The translations under genes were made by a program, and so were the position numbers. From contig OZ239628.1 in NCBI GenBank assembly GCA_965195345.1, forward strand, positions 1,344,001 through 1,408,000: a DNA stretch of 64,000 bases, in the 5' to 3' direction. The stretch comes from an uncultured Thiomicrospira sp. GTDB taxonomy: Bacteria; Pseudomonadota; Gammaproteobacteria; CAKMZV01. Numbering within the stretch: the stretch's first letter is position 1; each line of letters begins with the position of its first letter. Shown here piece after piece: positions 21,640-32,240 of this stretch. The notes beneath the pieces were generated by a model. That model saw only the letters and a program-made list of their open reading frames with translations, was not told the DNA's origin and ran no database searches.

Positions 21640-22415
21640 ATAATTCAATATTTAATTATTATGGCACATGGGTTCTGTTTATAAAAGAGATCAAACGATT
21701 CTTAGCAGTCTCCTTACAAACTATCTTTGCCCCAGTCATTAATGCTATTCTCTATCTAATCATTTTTTACCCGTTTGGCGAATACATGACCAGCTTCAGT
21801 TCAAGCGATCATGAGTATGGCGTTTTCCTTATTCCTGGATTGGTTATGATGACTGTATTGCAGAATGCATTTTCAAACTCTTCTTCGAGTATGATTCAAT
21901 CGAAATTTTATGGAAACGTCACATTTATGTTACTGGCGCCTCTTTCAGCAATAGAAATATATACCGCTTTTGTTGCTGCTGCAATACTGAGAGGACTGCT
22001 TGTGGGCTTTGCGGTTTTCCTTTGTGGCTGGATACTGTATGACTTTAACCTTGAACATCCTTTACTGGTTATACTGTTTACAATACTTTGCTCTGGAGTA
22101 ATGGGCGCAATGGGATTAATTGTTGGAATTTGGGCGGATAAATTTGATCATTTAGCAGGATTTCAAAACTTTGTGATTTTGCCGATGACATTTTTGAGTG
22201 GCGTGTTCTACTCAATTAACAAACTTCCCCCTTTGTGGCAGCACCTTTCACTTTATAATCCATTTTTATACATGATAGATGGCTTGCGCTATACCACCCT
22301 CGGTTTTTCTGATCAGCCTTTTTGGAAGGCAGTTATTATCGTAACACTCATGTTTATAGCTTTGAGTTGGTGGTGTTGTTCCATCCTAAATAAAGGATAT
22401 AAATTGAGGTATTAG
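21636..22415 (+). CDS. ABC-2 type permease (YadH-like)
   Basis: PGLVMM, FLSGVFYSI, NPFLYMIDG. Confidence 0.88.
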   Translation: MNNSIFNYYGTWVLFIKEIKRFLAVSLQTIFAPVINAILYLIIFYPFGEYMTSFSSSDHEYGVFLIPGLVMMTVLQNAFSNSSSSMIQSKFYGNVTFMLLAPLSAIEIYTAFVAAAILRGLLVGFAVFLCGWILYDFNLEHPLLVILFTILCSGVMGAMGLIVGIWADKFDHLAGFQNFVILPMTFLSGVFYSINKLPPLWQHLSLYNPFLYMIDGLRYTTLGFSDQPFWKAVIIVTLMFIALSWWCCSILNKGYKLRY

Positions 22416-22642
22416 TGAAAAAAGAAGAAATTATTCAGAAAATACGTAATGCGGTAGGTCCATGTGAAATAGAACTAAATGGATCCGATTGTAATTTTAG
22501 TGTGAAAGTTGTTGCCGCAGTCTTTGATGGAAAAAACACAATACAACGCCATCGTATGATTAACGATGCTCTAAAAGCCGATATTCAAAATGGTACACTC
22601 CATGCCGTTTCGATTTCCACTGCAACACCCGAAGAGGATTGA
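22415..22642 (+). CDS. ibaG: BolA/IbaG family protein
   Basis: QRHRMI...LHA motif, directly upstream of murA. Confidence 0.8.
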   Translation: MKKEEIIQKIRNAVGPCEIELNGSDCNFSVKVVAAVFDGKNTIQRHRMINDALKADIQNGTLHAVSISTATPEED

Positions 22643-23943
22643 TGGATACGTTACTAATAAAAGGAGGCGTTTCCTTAAATGGTGAGATTTCCATATCAGG
22701 AGCCAAAAACGCTGTTCTTCCTATCATGATTTCTTCATTATTAACAGAAGAACCCGTAACTATACGACGCATCCCATACCTCAAAGATGTAAGTAATACG
22801 ATGCAGCTTCTTGCAGGGTTAAATGTCGATATTACTGTAGATTATGTAGATCAATCCAGCACTATATTTCAAGCCGTTAAAAAAAACTTAAGCTCTGAAC
22901 CACCAACTGACGTTGCAAGCATGATGCGCGCTTCAATTCTTTCTTTAGGTCCATTAATGGTTCGACTAGGAAAGGCGCGCTTAATAATGCCAGGAGGTTG
23001 TGTAATCGGTGACCGACCTATCGACATTCATCTTGAAGGTTTAAAGCAAATGGGCGCCGATTTCTCGCAAAGTCATGATAACTGGATAATTGGTCATGTT
23101 GATGGACGTTTAAAAGGCAGTGATATCTCGTTACGCAATGTATCAGTAACTGGTACGGAAAACTTAATAATGGCTGCTGTTCTCGCAGAAGGAACAACTA
23201 TACTTCGTAATACTGCTAAAGAACCTGAAGTGGTAGATTTGGCCAATTGTTTAATTACCATGGGTGCTAAGATTAGTGGACATGGTTCTGATGTCATAAC
23301 AATAGAAGGAGTAGAAAAGCTTGGTGGGACTGATTACACCATCATGCCTGATAGAATTGAAGCAGCTACTTATCTTGTTGCTGGGGCGATGACGAAAGGA
23401 AAAGTACGAGTGTGCGATGTCATTGTCGAGCATTTACAGTCAACAATAATCAAGTTAAAAGAGGCAGGAGTCCGAGTAACCACCGGTCCTGATTGGGTTG
23501 AGGTAGACGCAATAGGCTGCACACTCAAAGCGATTGATCTTACCACTCAACCATTTCCAGGATTTCCCACTGACATGCAAGCTCAATTCGTAGCACTTAA
23601 TAGCATTTCAGAAGGAAAAGGACAAATTATGGAAGAGGTTTTTGAAGGGCGTTTTCATCACGTAGAAGAATTGATCAAAATGGGTGCTTTGCTTAAAGTA
23701 AATGGCAATTGCGTTGAATCCAATGGCATAAAAAAACTCAAAGGAGCAGATATTACTGCCAGTGATCTTAGAGCTTCTGCTTCTTTGGTTTTGGCTGCAT
23801 TAATAGCAGAAGATACTTCAATTATTCACAAGGTCTACCATATAGACCGTGGTTATGAATTAATTGAAGAAAAATTGCGGAAATTAGGAGCGATTATTTA
23901 TCGACTTCATTCTTCCGAAGAACTCTCTCATGACTATTCATAA
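22642..23943 (+). CDS. murA: UDP-N-acetylglucosamine 1-carboxyvinyltransferase
   Basis: SGAKNA, PGGC.IG.RP active-site Cys, FPTDMQAQ, DLRA, DRGYE. Confidence 0.97.
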   Translation: MDTLLIKGGVSLNGEISISGAKNAVLPIMISSLLTEEPVTIRRIPYLKDVSNTMQLLAGLNVDITVDYVDQSSTIFQAVKKNLSSEPPTDVASMMRASILSLGPLMVRLGKARLIMPGGCVIGDRPIDIHLEGLKQMGADFSQSHDNWIIGHVDGRLKGSDISLRNVSVTGTENLIMAAVLAEGTTILRNTAKEPEVVDLANCLITMGAKISGHGSDVITIEGVEKLGGTDYTIMPDRIEAATYLVAGAMTKGKVRVCDVIVEHLQSTIIKLKEAGVRVTTGPDWVEVDAIGCTLKAIDLTTQPFPGFPTDMQAQFVALNSISEGKGQIMEEVFEGRFHHVEELIKMGALLKVNGNCVESNGIKKLKGADITASDLRASASLVLAALIAEDTSIIHKVYHIDRGYELIEEKLRKLGAIIYRLHSSEELSHDYS

Positions 23944-24568
23944 AGTAACAATCGCCCTATCAAAAGGACGTATACTGCAGCAAACTATTCCTTTATTGAA
24001 AAAATCAGGGATTGAAGCGACTACTGACATATTTGATTCTCGCAAGTTAATCTTTGAGACCAATCACGATAACATTGAGTTATTATTGCTTCGTGCCACT
24101 GATGTGCCTGTATATATACGGGAAGGTGTAGCCGATATTGGCATCGTAGGTAAGGATTTACTCCTTGAAAATGGCGGAATTGGCATTGGTGAATATACTG
24201 ATTTGAAAATCGCTCAATGTGCGCTTTATTTGGCAGCCAAGAAGAATAGGGAAATGAACCCTGCTCTTAAAATCAGAGTGGCGACTAAATACATAAATAT
24301 TGCATCAAACTGGTTTGCCGAGCAAGGACAACCCGTCGAACTTATAAAACTATATGGTTCAATGGAAATTGCTCCTCTTATTGGGTTAGCTGACTTTATT
24401 GTTGATTTAGTTGAATCAGGAAAAACATTAAAAGCAAATCAACTCCAACCCATAACAAAAATATGTGATATTAGTGCGCGCCTCGCTTTTAATCCAACAT
24501 CGATGAAAACCAAAAACGCAACCATCACCCCATTGTTAAAACATATTACCAGCTATATTGATGATTAA
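23930..24568 (+). CDS. hisG: ATP phosphoribosyltransferase, short form
   Basis: IALSKGR, ATKY, GSMEIAP..GLAD.IVDLV; lacks the C-terminal regulatory domain. Confidence 0.95.
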   Translation: MTIHKVTIALSKGRILQQTIPLLKKSGIEATTDIFDSRKLIFETNHDNIELLLLRATDVPVYIREGVADIGIVGKDLLLENGGIGIGEYTDLKIAQCALYLAAKKNREMNPALKIRVATKYINIASNWFAEQGQPVELIKLYGSMEIAPLIGLADFIVDLVESGKTLKANQLQPITKICDISARLAFNPTSMKTKNATITPLLKHITSYIDD

Positions 24569-25844
24569 ACATCTCGATACAATACAAGAAAATTTTGATC
24601 ATTTATTCGAGCAATTGTTAACCTACTCTGACTTCACCAACACTTCGCTTGAAAAAGACGTAAAGGACATTATCACTCGTGTGCAGAATGAAAAAGACAG
24701 CGCACTTTTTGAATATACGCATCGATTCGATAGTTTTTCTCCTTCTTCTTTAAAAATAAGTGATGAGGCAATTCTCTCCTCTTGCGATAAAATTGAAAAA
24801 GATTTGTTAGACGCTCTAACTAACGCGGCTCAACGCATTAAAAAATATCATCAGCATCAAGTACAAACTGACTGGATGTTTCAAGACGAGCTTGGCGTCC
24901 AATTAGGACAAAAAATCACACCAATTGATAGCGTCGGCTTGTATGTTCCAGGAGGTAAAGCCGCTTATCCATCTACCGTTTTAATGAATGCTATCCCAGC
25001 GCTTGTTGCAGGTGTTGGACGCATTGCAATAGCCACTCCTTGCCCCAATGGAATACTCAATCAAGCAGTGCTTGCTGCCGCTTATATATGCGGCATTAAA
25101 GATATTTATTGTGTTGGTGGAGCACAAGCGATAGCTGCTTTAGCGTTTGGAACTGAAACAATTACACCCGTTGATAAGATTGTTGGTCCAGGCAATGCAT
25201 ACGTTGCTGAAGCGAAACGGCAAGTATATGGGAAAGTCGGTATTGATATGATTGCTGGACCTTCAGAGATTACTATTATTGCCGACGGTTCAATGCCTGC
25301 AAAATGGACAGCAATAGATATGTTCTCCCAAGCAGAGCATGATGAACTTGCTCAGGCAATTTTGTTATGTCATGACGAGCAATACATAGAAGAAGTACAA
25401 AAACAAATCACATTATTGTTACCAGAGATGTCTCGCCAATCCATTATTGCTCAATCATTAAAAAACCGTGGTGCTCTTATAAAAACTTCAGACTTGGATG
25501 AAAGCTTAGCCTTATCTAACCAAATTGCACCAGAGCATCTACAGCTTGCCATTGAAAATCCTGAGTCTGCATTGACGCATATAAAACATGCTGGAGCCAT
25601 ATTTCTTGGACATTACACTCCAGAAGTCTATGGTGATTATTGTGCAGGTTCCAATCATGTTTTGCCTACTGCATCTACCTCTCGATTTTCTTCTCCTTTG
25701 GGTGTGTATGATTTCCAAAAACGATCAAGTGTGGTACACGCGTCAAAATCATCTGCTAACCAATTGTCACAGATAGCAGCTACTATTGCGAAACACGAAA
25801 ATCTAACTGCACACGCTCATGCTGCTCAACTTAGATACCAATAA
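24561..25844 (+). CDS. hisD: histidinol dehydrogenase
   Basis: YVPGGKAAYPS, GPGNAYV, IDMIAGPSE, SQAEHD, APEHL. Confidence 0.97.
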   Translation: MIKHLDTIQENFDHLFEQLLTYSDFTNTSLEKDVKDIITRVQNEKDSALFEYTHRFDSFSPSSLKISDEAILSSCDKIEKDLLDALTNAAQRIKKYHQHQVQTDWMFQDELGVQLGQKITPIDSVGLYVPGGKAAYPSTVLMNAIPALVAGVGRIAIATPCPNGILNQAVLAAAYICGIKDIYCVGGAQAIAALAFGTETITPVDKIVGPGNAYVAEAKRQVYGKVGIDMIAGPSEITIIADGSMPAKWTAIDMFSQAEHDELAQAILLCHDEQYIEEVQKQITLLLPEMSRQSIIAQSLKNRGALIKTSDLDESLALSNQIAPEHLQLAIENPESALTHIKHAGAIFLGHYTPEVYGDYCAGSNHVLPTASTSRFSSPLGVYDFQKRSSVVHASKSSANQLSQIAATIAKHENLTAHAHAAQLRYQ

Positions 25845-26924
25845 ATGAAGCATCTTGTACGTCATTCTATTCGTGAATTAAAGGCATACGCCAGTAATAC
25901 CACTCCAGGGAAAATAAAATTAGACGCTATGGAAAACACTGCGCCCACTCCCCCTGAGTTGATTGAAATTTGGCAGCAACAGCTAACTCAAGCAAAAGTT
26001 AATTTATACCCAGACCCAACACAGAGTGAACTTCGAAACGCCTTTGCCCAATCATTTGCGCTTGATGAACAACAGTTATTATTCGGCAACGGCTCTGATG
26101 AACTCATTCAATTGATTCTCCTTGCATGCTGCGAAAACGAAGACTCTGTAATGTCTTTTGATCCTGGATTCACAATGTATAGAATGAGCGCTGCCTTCTG
26201 TCGATTGAATTTTCATGGTGTGGATTTAAATGACGATTTTTCTATTCCAACAGCATCCACAATTGAGGCAATAAAAAAACACAACCCAAAAGTGTTTTTC
26301 ATTGCTTATCCAAATAACCCCACAGGTAATTCGTTCTCATCGGACGACATAGAAAAAATAATAAAAACAATCGATGGAATAGTTGTTATTGATGAAGCAT
26401 ATTGCAATTTTTCAAACGACACTCTGCTGCATAAATTGAATAACTTCGACAATGTTATTTTATTAAGAACATTCTCGAAAATTGGTTTAGCTGGTTTGCG
26501 CCTAGGGACGCTTATTGCACATCCAGAGTTAGTCAAGGAAATAAATAAAGTGCGTATGCCCTACAACATTAATACGCTCACCCAGCGAATGATTACAACT
26601 TGGTTGAAAATGCCTGATTCTTTGACAAATCAAACAAAAAAAATTGTAGAGCAGCGAGAAGCACTCGCAAAAACGCTTGAGAAGCTTGCAATTTTTGAAA
26701 CAATTTATCCAAGTCAAGCGAATTTCTTGCTCACCCGTATACAAAAAAAATACAGTTCAGATAAATTGCATGCCGAATTAGAAAACAAAGGTATTCTTGT
26801 GAAAAATTTAAATGGTAATCACCCATTACTTGCAAACTGTTTACGAATAAGTATAGGACAAGAACAGGAAAATGAACAATTATTGGATTGCCTGCACAAG
26901 ATAACCGCTGAAACCAATGATTGA
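25845..26924 (+). CDS. hisC: histidinol-phosphate aminotransferase
   Basis: GNGSDELI, PNNPTG, DEAY, RTFSK..LAGLRLG. Confidence 0.94.
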   Translation: MKHLVRHSIRELKAYASNTTPGKIKLDAMENTAPTPPELIEIWQQQLTQAKVNLYPDPTQSELRNAFAQSFALDEQQLLFGNGSDELIQLILLACCENEDSVMSFDPGFTMYRMSAAFCRLNFHGVDLNDDFSIPTASTIEAIKKHNPKVFFIAYPNNPTGNSFSSDDIEKIIKTIDGIVVIDEAYCNFSNDTLLHKLNNFDNVILLRTFSKIGLAGLRLGTLIAHPELVKEINKVRMPYNINTLTQRMITTWLKMPDSLTNQTKKIVEQREALAKTLEKLAIFETIYPSQANFLLTRIQKKYSSDKLHAELENKGILVKNLNGNHPLLANCLRISIGQEQENEQLLDCLHKITAETND

Positions 26925-27660
26925 ACGTACTCAATTATTAAACGATCTCAACGAGCTTCTTGATGTTGAGAGAATAGAAGATTATTGTCCTAATGGGCTA
27001 CAGGTTGCTGGCAATTCGACCATCAAGCGCTTGGTTACTGGAGTAACTGCTTCTCAAGCGCTTATAGATGCAGCTATCGAATATAAAGCAGATGCTCTAC
27101 TCGTCCATCACGGCTATTTTTGGAAGGGAGAAAGCGCACCTCTGACTGGGATTAAGGGTGAGAGAATCACTCACCTTATAAAAAACAACATCAATCTGAT
27201 TGCTTATCATCTACCACTTGATATTCATCCTGAATACGGTAATAACGCATTACTTGCCAAAGCATTAGAAATAACCGACAACAATCTGGATTCTCGTAAT
27301 TTACTTCGTTTTGGAAGCATCAAAAAACAAAAAATTGGCGACTTCATTGCAACCATCTCTCGCACATTAAATCGCACACCTCTACACTTAGAAGGTGGTC
27401 CAGAAGAGATAACCTCGATTGCTTGGTGTACAGGTGCTGCCCAAGACATGATTGAAGATGCTCAGATGCTTGGAGCGGATGTTTTTATAAGTGGCGAAGT
27501 CAGCGAACGTACTACCCATATAGCACGTGAGTCAGGCATTCATTATCTGTGTTGCGGCCATCACGCCACGGAAACATTTGGGGTCCGAGCATTGGGGGAA
27601 AAAATCGCAGATAAATACGCCATTGATGTCCGTTTTATAAATATTCCCAATCCTGTATAG
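26917..27660 (+). CDS. Nif3-like dinuclear metal center protein (YbgI/DUF34)
   Basis: DYCPNGLQV, VHHG, YHLPLD.H, GHHATE. Confidence 0.92.
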   Translation: MIERTQLLNDLNELLDVERIEDYCPNGLQVAGNSTIKRLVTGVTASQALIDAAIEYKADALLVHHGYFWKGESAPLTGIKGERITHLIKNNINLIAYHLPLDIHPEYGNNALLAKALEITDNNLDSRNLLRFGSIKKQKIGDFIATISRTLNRTPLHLEGGPEEITSIAWCTGAAQDMIEDAQMLGADVFISGEVSERTTHIARESGIHYLCCGHHATETFGVRALGEKIADKYAIDVRFINIPNPV

Positions 27661-27662
27661 GA

Positions 27663-28598
27663 ATGAATACTGAAACATTTCGTAATGTTCTATTGCATAT
27701 GCAAGCTGACTTTTGTGCATCTTTAGGCTCATTTGAGACATGCGCCTTCCAACAGGATAATTGGCAACGTGGTGATGAAGAAAAACTCAAAGGTGAAGGA
27801 CGTACTTGGACTATCGAAAATGGAGACGTGATAGAAAAAGGCTGCATTAATTATTCCCACGTGCGCGGAGATTCCCTCCCTGACGCAGCTACAATATCTC
27901 GCTCAGAAATCGCAGGCAGTCCATTTGAAGCAATGGGGGTATCAATAGTAATGCACCCCAAAAGCCCAATGGTCCCAACTTCGCATTTCAACATCCGACT
28001 TTTTGTTGCCTACCCACGTGATAAAAAGCCTATCTGGTGGTTCGGTGGCGGGATGGATTTAACGCCTTATTATCCTTTTGACGAAGATATTATTCATTGG
28101 CATCAACAAGCAAAAAAGGCTTGCGATTTTTTGGGAAAAGAAAATTATCAACGTTTCAAAAAGGCTTGTGATAATTATTTTTATTTAGAGCACCGCAAAG
28201 AAACGCGTGGGGTTGGTGGTGTTTTTTATGACGACTTAAATGAAGTTAATAATGGTTATCCCTTTGAAAAATGCTGTGCCTTTCAAAAATGTATAGGACA
28301 TGCTTATACATCGGCGTACTCATCCATTCTTATGAAGCGTAAGGATATTCCTTATGATGATAAAGCCCGTTCTTTTCAACTATATCGTAGAGGTCGTTAT
28401 GTCGAATTCAATCTTATCTACGACCGAGGAACTTTGTTTGGATTGCAATCAGGCGGTCGTACTGAAAGCATTTTAGGCTCGCTTCCAAATATTGTGCATT
28501 GGAAATACGATTGGCGTGCAGAAGAAAATTCTGCAGAGAGTCGATTGAATTCCTATCTTAAACCGCAGGATTGGCTAGAAAACACCAATAATTATTAA
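27663..28598 (+). CDS. hemF: oxygen-dependent coproporphyrinogen-III oxidase
   Basis: WWFGGGMDLTP, RGVGG.FYDD, RRGRYVEFNL.YDRGT. Confidence 0.96.
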   Translation: MNTETFRNVLLHMQADFCASLGSFETCAFQQDNWQRGDEEKLKGEGRTWTIENGDVIEKGCINYSHVRGDSLPDAATISRSEIAGSPFEAMGVSIVMHPKSPMVPTSHFNIRLFVAYPRDKKPIWWFGGGMDLTPYYPFDEDIIHWHQQAKKACDFLGKENYQRFKKACDNYFYLEHRKETRGVGGVFYDDLNEVNNGYPFEKCCAFQKCIGHAYTSAYSSILMKRKDIPYDDKARSFQLYRRGRYVEFNLIYDRGTLFGLQSGGRTESILGSLPNIVHWKYDWRAEENSAESRLNSYLKPQDWLENTNNY

Positions 28599-28615
28599 AA
28601 TCGAGGTGCTGCAAA

Positions 28616-29638
28616 TTATTCTGATGAATAGCCATTAGGATTCATACTTTGCCAGCGCCACGTATCCGCACACATTACTTCAAGATTACGTTGTGCTTTC
28701 CATTTTAACAAATTGCACGCGCGTTCCGTATCAGCAAAGCAGACAGGAACATCACCTTTTCTACGAGGTGAATATTTATACGTTATTTTTTGACCACTTC
28801 CTTTTTCAAAAGTATTAATTAAATCAAGAACACTATAACCCTTCCCTACGCCCAAATTACAAACAATCGGTTTACTAGAGCAATGATTTTTTAAAGCATT
28901 CAAGGCAGCCAAATGCCCTTCTACCAAATCCATAACATGAATATAATCGCGAATACAGGTTCCATCCGGCGTGTCATAGTCATTACCAAAAACACTAAGA
29001 ATGTCACGCTTTTTTGAAGCAACTTGAGAAATAAACGGCATTAAATTATTGGGAATTCCTTGAGGAACTTCGCCAATTTTTCCACTCTCATGAGCACCTA
29101 TTGGATTAAAGTATCTCAATATAGCTATTTTCCAAGCATCTGACGTGCTATTGACATCGCAAAGCATTTTCTCAATCATGAGTTTTGAACGCCCATAAGG
29201 ATTAACAGCTTGCAAAGACAAATCTTCTTTCATTGGTGAATCTGCACTTCCATAAACAGTCGCTGATGAACTAAAGATGAGCTCGTGAATAGCGCATTTT
29301 TGCATTACATTAAGTAAATTCAACGTCCCAGAAACATTATTTTGATAATACTTAAGCGGATCTGATACCGATTCATTAACTGCTTTACAACCAGCGAAGT
29401 GCAAAACAGCCGCGGGCATTAACGCGCAAATATACTTTTCAAGCCTTTGGATATCACATAAGTCTATATTTTCAAAGTCAACGCTTCGACCAGTAATTTT
29501 TTCAACGTTTTTCAACGCTTGTAAATGTCCATTACTTAAATTGTCAATCACTGAAACAGTGTATCCGGCCTCAAGTAAAACTAATACAGCGTGCGACCCT
29601 ATATAGCCTGCTCCGCCTGTTACAAGAATACGTTTCAT
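28616..29638 (-). CDS. galE: UDP-glucose 4-epimerase
   Basis: TGGAGYIGSH, YGRSK, LRYFNP.GAH, RDYIHVMDL. Confidence 0.96.
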   Translation of the reverse strand: MKRILVTGGAGYIGSHAVLVLLEAGYTVSVIDNLSNGHLQALKNVEKITGRSVDFENIDLCDIQRLEKYICALMPAAVLHFAGCKAVNESVSDPLKYYQNNVSGTLNLLNVMQKCAIHELIFSSSATVYGSADSPMKEDLSLQAVNPYGRSKLMIEKMLCDVNSTSDAWKIAILRYFNPIGAHESGKIGEVPQGIPNNLMPFISQVASKKRDILSVFGNDYDTPDGTCIRDYIHVMDLVEGHLAALNALKNHCSSKPIVCNLGVGKGYSVLDLINTFEKGSGQKITYKYSPRRKGDVPVCFADTERACNLLKWKAQRNLEVMCADTWRWQSMNPNGYSSE

Positions 29639-29646
29639 AAGCTACC

Positions 29647-30729
29647 CTAAGAAGAACTCAACCATTCGTTGAGATTTAATTGTTGTGCGTTGCGTAATAA
29701 AATAAAAATCATCCCATTATCTTCCTGTGAAGGGCTGCCCCCACTTAATCCTATTTTATCGCCGTTTTTTATGATGTCACCAACTTTCACATAGCTCGTA
29801 TCGACCTGTGCATAAACGCCACGATATTTATTTCCATGGTCAATAATGATTGTATTTCCAAGATTGGGTAACCATTGTATGGACACCACTTTACCCGCGG
29901 CGATCGACATTACTTGCTGTGGTGCATTTTGTTTCAATCGCCAAGCATTATCAAAATGACTTATTTTTGTTGGGTTTCCTGTACTTGGCCAAGGAATGCT
30001 TCGCTTTCTTGCCGCTAATGTATTTGAATTTTTAAACACTTTTTGCAAAGATGCTTTTTTCTGAGTGTTTACTATTTCTTTTCGCAAGCGTTTGCGGCTT
30101 TTACCTAAAGCATAGTGTTTTAATTTTTTATTTTTTACTAATTGTTTTTTGATTTTTTCAGAGGTTATCAGCGCTAATTTTCGTTGTTTATCAAGCTTTA
30201 CTTTCCTGTTCTTCAAGTTGATTTCTTGATCTTTTAAATTGGTTTGCTCTTGCGCTAATTCATTCGTCAATTGAATTTCATGACTTTTCAGACTTTCAAT
30301 GGAGTGAATGCTGATGATATGAGATCCTTTTAAAGCCTCGTAATAATGTCTATACCTTGCTCTACGATTAAACTCTGTAGCGTATTGAGTTGCCGACGCT
30401 AATGAAAAAATATCAGACATATAGGCATGACGTTGCAAATGACGAATTTGATTGCTTAACTGTTTCTTGTGGAGTTCAAGATTTTTTTCCAACTCTTCCA
30501 ACGAACTTTTTGTTTCTCCAATGGAAATGCGCAATTTCTTTTGATTTTTTTTAATCGCCTCTATTTGTGAACGCAACTTCGCACTATTTGTCTCAGCTGA
30601 CTCAAGTATTTTAATTTGTTGATCGTATTTTTTTTTCATCTCCTTGAGATTCGTAGCGGCAAATGAACTTCCAACAGAAGCAAGACAAAAAGCGCCCAAT
30701 AGTAGAGAAAAATATTTTAAACGACACAT
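29647..30729 (-). CDS. envC: EnvC-like murein hydrolase activator (coiled coil + degenerate M23 domain)
   Basis: Signal peptide, long coiled coil, C-terminal GNTIIIDHG...V.VGD; downstream of gpmI. Confidence 0.7.
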   Translation of the reverse strand: MCRLKYFSLLLGAFCLASVGSSFAATNLKEMKKKYDQQIKILESAETNSAKLRSQIEAIKKNQKKLRISIGETKSSLEELEKNLELHKKQLSNQIRHLQRHAYMSDIFSLASATQYATEFNRRARYRHYYEALKGSHIISIHSIESLKSHEIQLTNELAQEQTNLKDQEINLKNRKVKLDKQRKLALITSEKIKKQLVKNKKLKHYALGKSRKRLRKEIVNTQKKASLQKVFKNSNTLAARKRSIPWPSTGNPTKISHFDNAWRLKQNAPQQVMSIAAGKVVSIQWLPNLGNTIIIDHGNKYRGVYAQVDTSYVKVGDIIKNGDKIGLSGGSPSQEDNGMIFILLRNAQQLNLNEWLSSS

Positions 30730-32240
30730 TACTTTGCTAACAATAGATTATTCCCTGTCATTTCAATGGGTTTTTCAAGCCCTGCCAAATAGAGCAAAGT
30801 CGGTGCTATGTCTGTTAAGTTGCCACCATCTCGAATGGTAAAGTCACGTGCCCCAACGTACAAAAAAGGTACTAAATTGGTAGTATGCGCTGTATGTGGG
30901 TTCCCTGTTTCGATGTCGATTTGGCATTCTGCATTTCCGTGGTCAGCACATATAATTAACTCTGATCCTGTTGATTGTATCAAAGGGATAATTTTTGATA
31001 ATGCATCATCGCAGGCCTCAACTGCCTTTATCGTTGCAGATAAAATACCACTGTGCCCAACCATATCAGGATTAGCAAAGTTAACAATAAAAAAGTCGTG
31101 ATTATCCGATTCAATAGCGGCACACAATGCTTGTGTTACCAGTGGAAGGCTCATCTCAGGTTGTAAATCATAGGTAGAAACTTTGGGAGACGCAATCAAA
31201 CATCTCTCTTCACCGCTCAAAGGCTCATCCACTCCTCCGTTAAAGAAAAACGTTACATGAGGATATTTTTCGGTTTCTGCACTGCGATACTGCTTTTTTC
31301 CAGCTTTAGATAGAACAACCCCTAAACCATTTTCCAATTTCTGTGGGGGGAAGGCAATTGGATAGCTATAGTCCTGATGGTATTGCGTTAAAGTAATGAA
31401 TTTGGATATTAGCGGAACTTTTGTACGTTCAAAACCTGAAAATTCAATATCGTTTAAAGCATTTGTTAATTGGCGTGCTCGGTCAGAACGAAAGTTCATC
31501 ATCACAACAACATCGCCATCTTCGATACGACCTTCTTTGATAAGAACAGACTGAATGAATTCATCACTCTCTCCACGCGCATACGCCGCTTGAATTGCTT
31601 CTTTCAAACTATCTGTCCTAAAATTTGCCTTGTTATTGACTAGTAATTCGTACGCCTTTTCAACGCGTTCCCAACGAGAATCTCGATCCATAGCGTAATA
31701 GCGCCCAATCAATGTTGCAACAATTGTGCCCGTCTCTTCCACCACTTGTTCCAGTTGTGACAAATTATCTAATGCACTGCGTGGAGAACAATCACGTCCA
31801 TCGGTAATCAAATGCAGATAAATTTTCTTCAAACCTCGACTATGCGCCAATTTAAGAAACGCGTATATATGTTCTTGATGGCTGTGCACGCCTCCTGCTG
31901 ACCATAAGCCAATCACATGCATTGCTTTGTCCGTTAGAATGGCCTTCTCAATGCCGTCATGAAAGACTTTATTATCAAAAAACTGACCATTTTCAATAGC
32001 TTTGTTGATCAAAGTGAAGTTTTGAAAAACGGTTCGTCCAGCGCCTATATTAAGATGCCCAACTTCTGAATTACCCATTTGACCATTAGGTAAACCAACA
32101 ATTTCTCCGTGTGTTTCTATTTGTGCATGAGGGCACGATGCCAGCAAAGCATCCCAAGTTGGAGTGTTTGCTAATGCAATCGCATTTCCTTTTTTTGATT
32201 GACTACACCCCCATCCATCTAAAATAATTAGCCCAATCAT
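30729..32240 (-). CDS. gpmI: 2,3-bisphosphoglycerate-independent phosphoglycerate mutase
   Basis: ILDGWG, MGNSEVGH, GRYYAMDRD, ETEKYPHVT, DMVGH, ADHGNAE. Confidence 0.97.
   Translation of the reverse strand: MIGLIILDGWGCSQSKKGNAIALANTPTWDALLASCPHAQIETHGEIVGLPNGQMGNSEVGHLNIGAGRTVFQNFTLINKAIENGQFFDNKVFHDGIEKAILTDKAMHVIGLWSAGGVHSHQEHIYAFLKLAHSRGLKKIYLHLITDGRDCSPRSALDNLSQLEQVVEETGTIVATLIGRYYAMDRDSRWERVEKAYELLVNNKANFRTDSLKEAIQAAYARGESDEFIQSVLIKEGRIEDGDVVVMMNFRSDRARQLTNALNDIEFSGFERTKVPLISKFITLTQYHQDYSYPIAFPPQKLENGLGVVLSKAGKKQYRSAETEKYPHVTFFFNGGVDEPLSGEERCLIASPKVSTYDLQPEMSLPLVTQALCAAIESDNHDFFIVNFANPDMVGHSGILSATIKAVEACDDALSKIIPLIQSTGSELIICADHGNAECQIDIETGNPHTAHTTNLVPFLYVGARDFTIRDGGNLTDIAPTLLYLAGLEKPIEMTGNNLLLAK

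Noticed and set aside
23930-24568. Truncated hisG pseudogene
   Set aside because: Short-form HisG that works with HisZ is a standard variant
29647-30729. M23 peptidase with missing zinc ligands as a novelty
   Set aside because: A degenerate LytM site is the normal state of EnvC
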